A stretch of 64,000 nucleotides of DNA from Hyphomicrobiales bacterium (GTDB lineage Bacteria > Pseudomonadota > Alphaproteobacteria > Rhizobiales > Beijerinckiaceae). How positions within the stretch are numbered: the first letter of the stretch is position 1; each line of letters begins with the position of its first letter. Location: the NCBI GenBank assembly GCA_028290285.1, contig JAQGKD010000014.1, positions 4,958-68,957 of the forward strand, read 5' to 3'. This document shows positions 62,029 to 64,000 of this stretch, piece after piece. The position numbers were made by a program, and so were the translations under genes. The notes under the pieces are model-generated. The model worked only from the letters and a program-made list of their open reading frames with translations, was not told where the DNA came from and made no database searches.

Positions 62029-63156
62029 ATGGCAAAAGCAGATTATTACGAGACGCTTGGCGTCGCACGCACAGCGACTGAAGCTGAGATGAAAGCCGCT
62101 TTCCGGAAAGCGGCCATGACGTGTCATCCGGACCGCAATCCCGGCGACCACGCAGCGGAGGCGAAGTTCAAGGACCTGAACGAGGCTTACCAGTGCCTCT
62201 CGGATGGGCAGAAGCGGGCCGCCTACGACCGCTTCGGCCATGCCGCGTTCGAGAACGGCGGCGGCGCAGGCATGGGCGACGGCTTCGCCTCCTCGATGTC
62301 CGATATTTTCGACGACCTGTTCGGCGACATGATGGGGCGTGGCGGACGCGGCGGGCGCTCGACCGGGCGCGAGCGCGGCAGCGACCTGCGCTACAATCTC
62401 GAAATCACTCTGGAAGATGCCTTCAACGGCAAGACAGCGACCGTGAAGGTGCCGACTTCGATCACCTGCGAGGCCTGTACCGGCTCCGGGGCCAAGTCCG
62501 GCTCGAAGCCCAAGGTCTGTGCGACCTGCGGCGGCGCAGGCCGCGTCCGGGCGCAGCAGGGCTTCTTCGCGATCGAACGGACGTGCCCGACCTGCCAGGG
62601 TCGCGGCGAGACCATCGAAAATCCCTGCACGGTCTGCTCGGGCGCGGGCCGCGTCACGCGCGAGCGCAGCCTTTCCGTCAACATTCCCCCGGGCGTCGAG
62701 GATGGCACGCGTATCCGCCTGTCGGGCGAGGGCGAAGCGGGCGTGCGCGGCGGGCCGGCCGGCGACCTTTACATCTTCCTGTCGCTGAAAGCCCATCCAT
62801 TCTTCCAGCGCGATGGCGCTGACCTCTTCTGCCGCGTACCGATCAACATGGTGCAAGCGTCGCTTGGCGGCGAATTTACTGTGCATACCGTAGATGGCGG
62901 CGAGGCCAAGGTGAAGATTCCCGAGGGCACCCAATCGGGCAAGCAATTCAAGCTGAAGGGCAAGGGCATGCCCGTGCTGCGGTCGCGGGAGTCGGGCGAC
63001 CTGTACATCCAGGCCAACGTCGAGACGCCGCAGAACCTCACGAAAAGACAACGAGAATTGCTTCAGGAATTCGATGCTGAGTCCTCCAACAGGACCCATC
63101 CCGAATCCGCTGGGTTCTTTGCCAAGATGAAGGAATTCTTGACGGGGGCTCAGTAA
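62029..63156 (+). CDS. dnaJ: Chaperone DnaJ
   Basis: HPD J-domain motif, G/F region, four CxxCxGxG repeats. Confidence 0.98.
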   Translation: MAKADYYETLGVARTATEAEMKAAFRKAAMTCHPDRNPGDHAAEAKFKDLNEAYQCLSDGQKRAAYDRFGHAAFENGGGAGMGDGFASSMSDIFDDLFGDMMGRGGRGGRSTGRERGSDLRYNLEITLEDAFNGKTATVKVPTSITCEACTGSGAKSGSKPKVCATCGGAGRVRAQQGFFAIERTCPTCQGRGETIENPCTVCSGAGRVTRERSLSVNIPPGVEDGTRIRLSGEGEAGVRGGPAGDLYIFLSLKAHPFFQRDGADLFCRVPINMVQASLGGEFTVHTVDGGEAKVKIPEGTQSGKQFKLKGKGMPVLRSRESGDLYIQANVETPQNLTKRQRELLQEFDAESSNRTHPESAGFFAKMKEFLTGAQ

Positions 63157-63287
63157 CCTTCCAAGACTCGACCCGATACGAGTCCTGCGGAGCCAGGGTT
63201 GTGAAAAGTCGGCGTCGCTTCTGCGCGGCGCCCTTCCTTGACGAGACACGCGTTGTAGGCAGATATTCCGTCGTGCCAGTCGAGGAA

Positions 63288-64000
63288 ATGCTCTTGCGTC
63301 CCAATCAGACACGCGCCGACACCCACGGGCGCAACCGTGCGAAACCGTCGTCGCTGCAGGGAGCCTTGGCCGACGAGGCGCGTTTCATACGGGCCTGGTT
63401 CGACAACCCGCTGACGACCGGTGCGGTTTCGCCTTCTGGACGTTTTCTGGCGCGCACCATGGCGCGCTACGTCGATCCGCACGGCGACGGCCTGGTGATC
63501 GAACTCGGGCCTGGCACCGGGCCCGTGACGCAGGCGCTCATCCAGCGCGGCATCGCCCCTGAGCGGCTCGTCCTTGTCGAATATGACGCCGCCTTCTGCA
63601 AGCTGCTCGAACGCCGGTTCCCGCGCGCAACCGTCATCCAGGGCGACGCCTATCACCTCTGCGACACGCTGGCCGGGAAGCTGGACCGTCCCGTTACGGC
63701 TGTCGTTTCCAGCCTTCCGCTGCTCAACATGCCCGACGCGCAGCGCATCGGGCTGCTCTCCGACGCCTTCTCGCTGATGGATGGCGCGGGCAGCTTCGTG
63801 CAGTTCACCTACGGGCTGACCTCGCCCATGCCGCGCAAGCCAAAGGACTGCCTTGCCGTGTGCTTCGCCTCGGAGGTTTCGCCGCCCGTCTGGCTCAACC
63901 TGCCGCCCGCGCGTGTCTGGGTCTACCGCCCCGCCACTGAACCCGCGCGGCGCCGCCAGCATCCCGCCGGCGTGCTCATCGACAAGCTGAAGGCCCGCAC
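63288..64000 (+). CDS. pmtA: Phospholipid N-methyltransferase PmtA (runs off the window)
   Basis: Hand translation from ATG 63288 (GAGG RBS): DEARFIRAWFDNPLTTGAVSPSG...VIELGPGTGPVT...FVQFTY; dnaKJ-pmtA synteny. Confidence 0.88.
   Translation, partial: MLLRPNQTRADTHGRNRAKPSSLQGALADEARFIRAWFDNPLTTGAVSPSGRFLARTMARYVDPHGDGLVIELGPGTGPVTQALIQRGIAPERLVLVEYDAAFCKLLERRFPRATVIQGDAYHLCDTLAGKLDRPVTAVVSSLPLLNMPDAQRIGLLSDAFSLMDGAGSFVQFTYGLTSPMPRKPKDCLAVCFASEVSPPVWLNLPPARVWVYRPATEPARRRQHPAGVLIDKLKAR

Overview
High-GC alphaproteobacterial chromosome segment (gene order and motifs suggest Hyphomicrobiales/Rhizobiales; inference). 1-14.3 kb: NlpC/P60 peptidase, MarR, leucyl aminopeptidase and a complete Tad/Cpa (Flp) pilus locus. 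14.4-27.8 kb: housekeeping genes (PMM/PGM, aspartic protease, mutS, malic enzyme, ugd, kup, hrpB). 28.1-45.9 kb: a 17.8-kb tyrosine-integrase element bounded by a perfect 34-bp direct repeat that splits the comM gene, which is preceded by a LexA box. The element carries an integrase, an excisionase-like protein, PC4-like, TSCPD-like and RusA genes, an AAA_25 helicase with an iteron-like origin, a serine recombinase and a Crp-family regulator. It also has an unusual compact virion module (TerS-like, TerL, a re-arranged DUF2213 protease-like protein, a coiled-coil protein, a frameshifted gene and a tape-measure-like protein) with no recognisable capsid, portal or tail tube. Its cargo includes a small-gene/terminator/KExxH metallopeptidase-like pair and a ~260-nt candidate structured RNA. 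The best candidate for a new system is this element, read as a phage satellite that supplies its own terminase and tape measure; a decayed prophage is the alternative. 45.9-64 kb: comM 3' part (frameshift-fused to a hybrid histidine kinase), SDR, queG, fzlA-like GST, uppP, nth, DUF2244, ada/ogt, ssuACB, OsmC, dnaK-dnaJ-pmtA. All family calls come from motif recognition by eye; no database searches were run.
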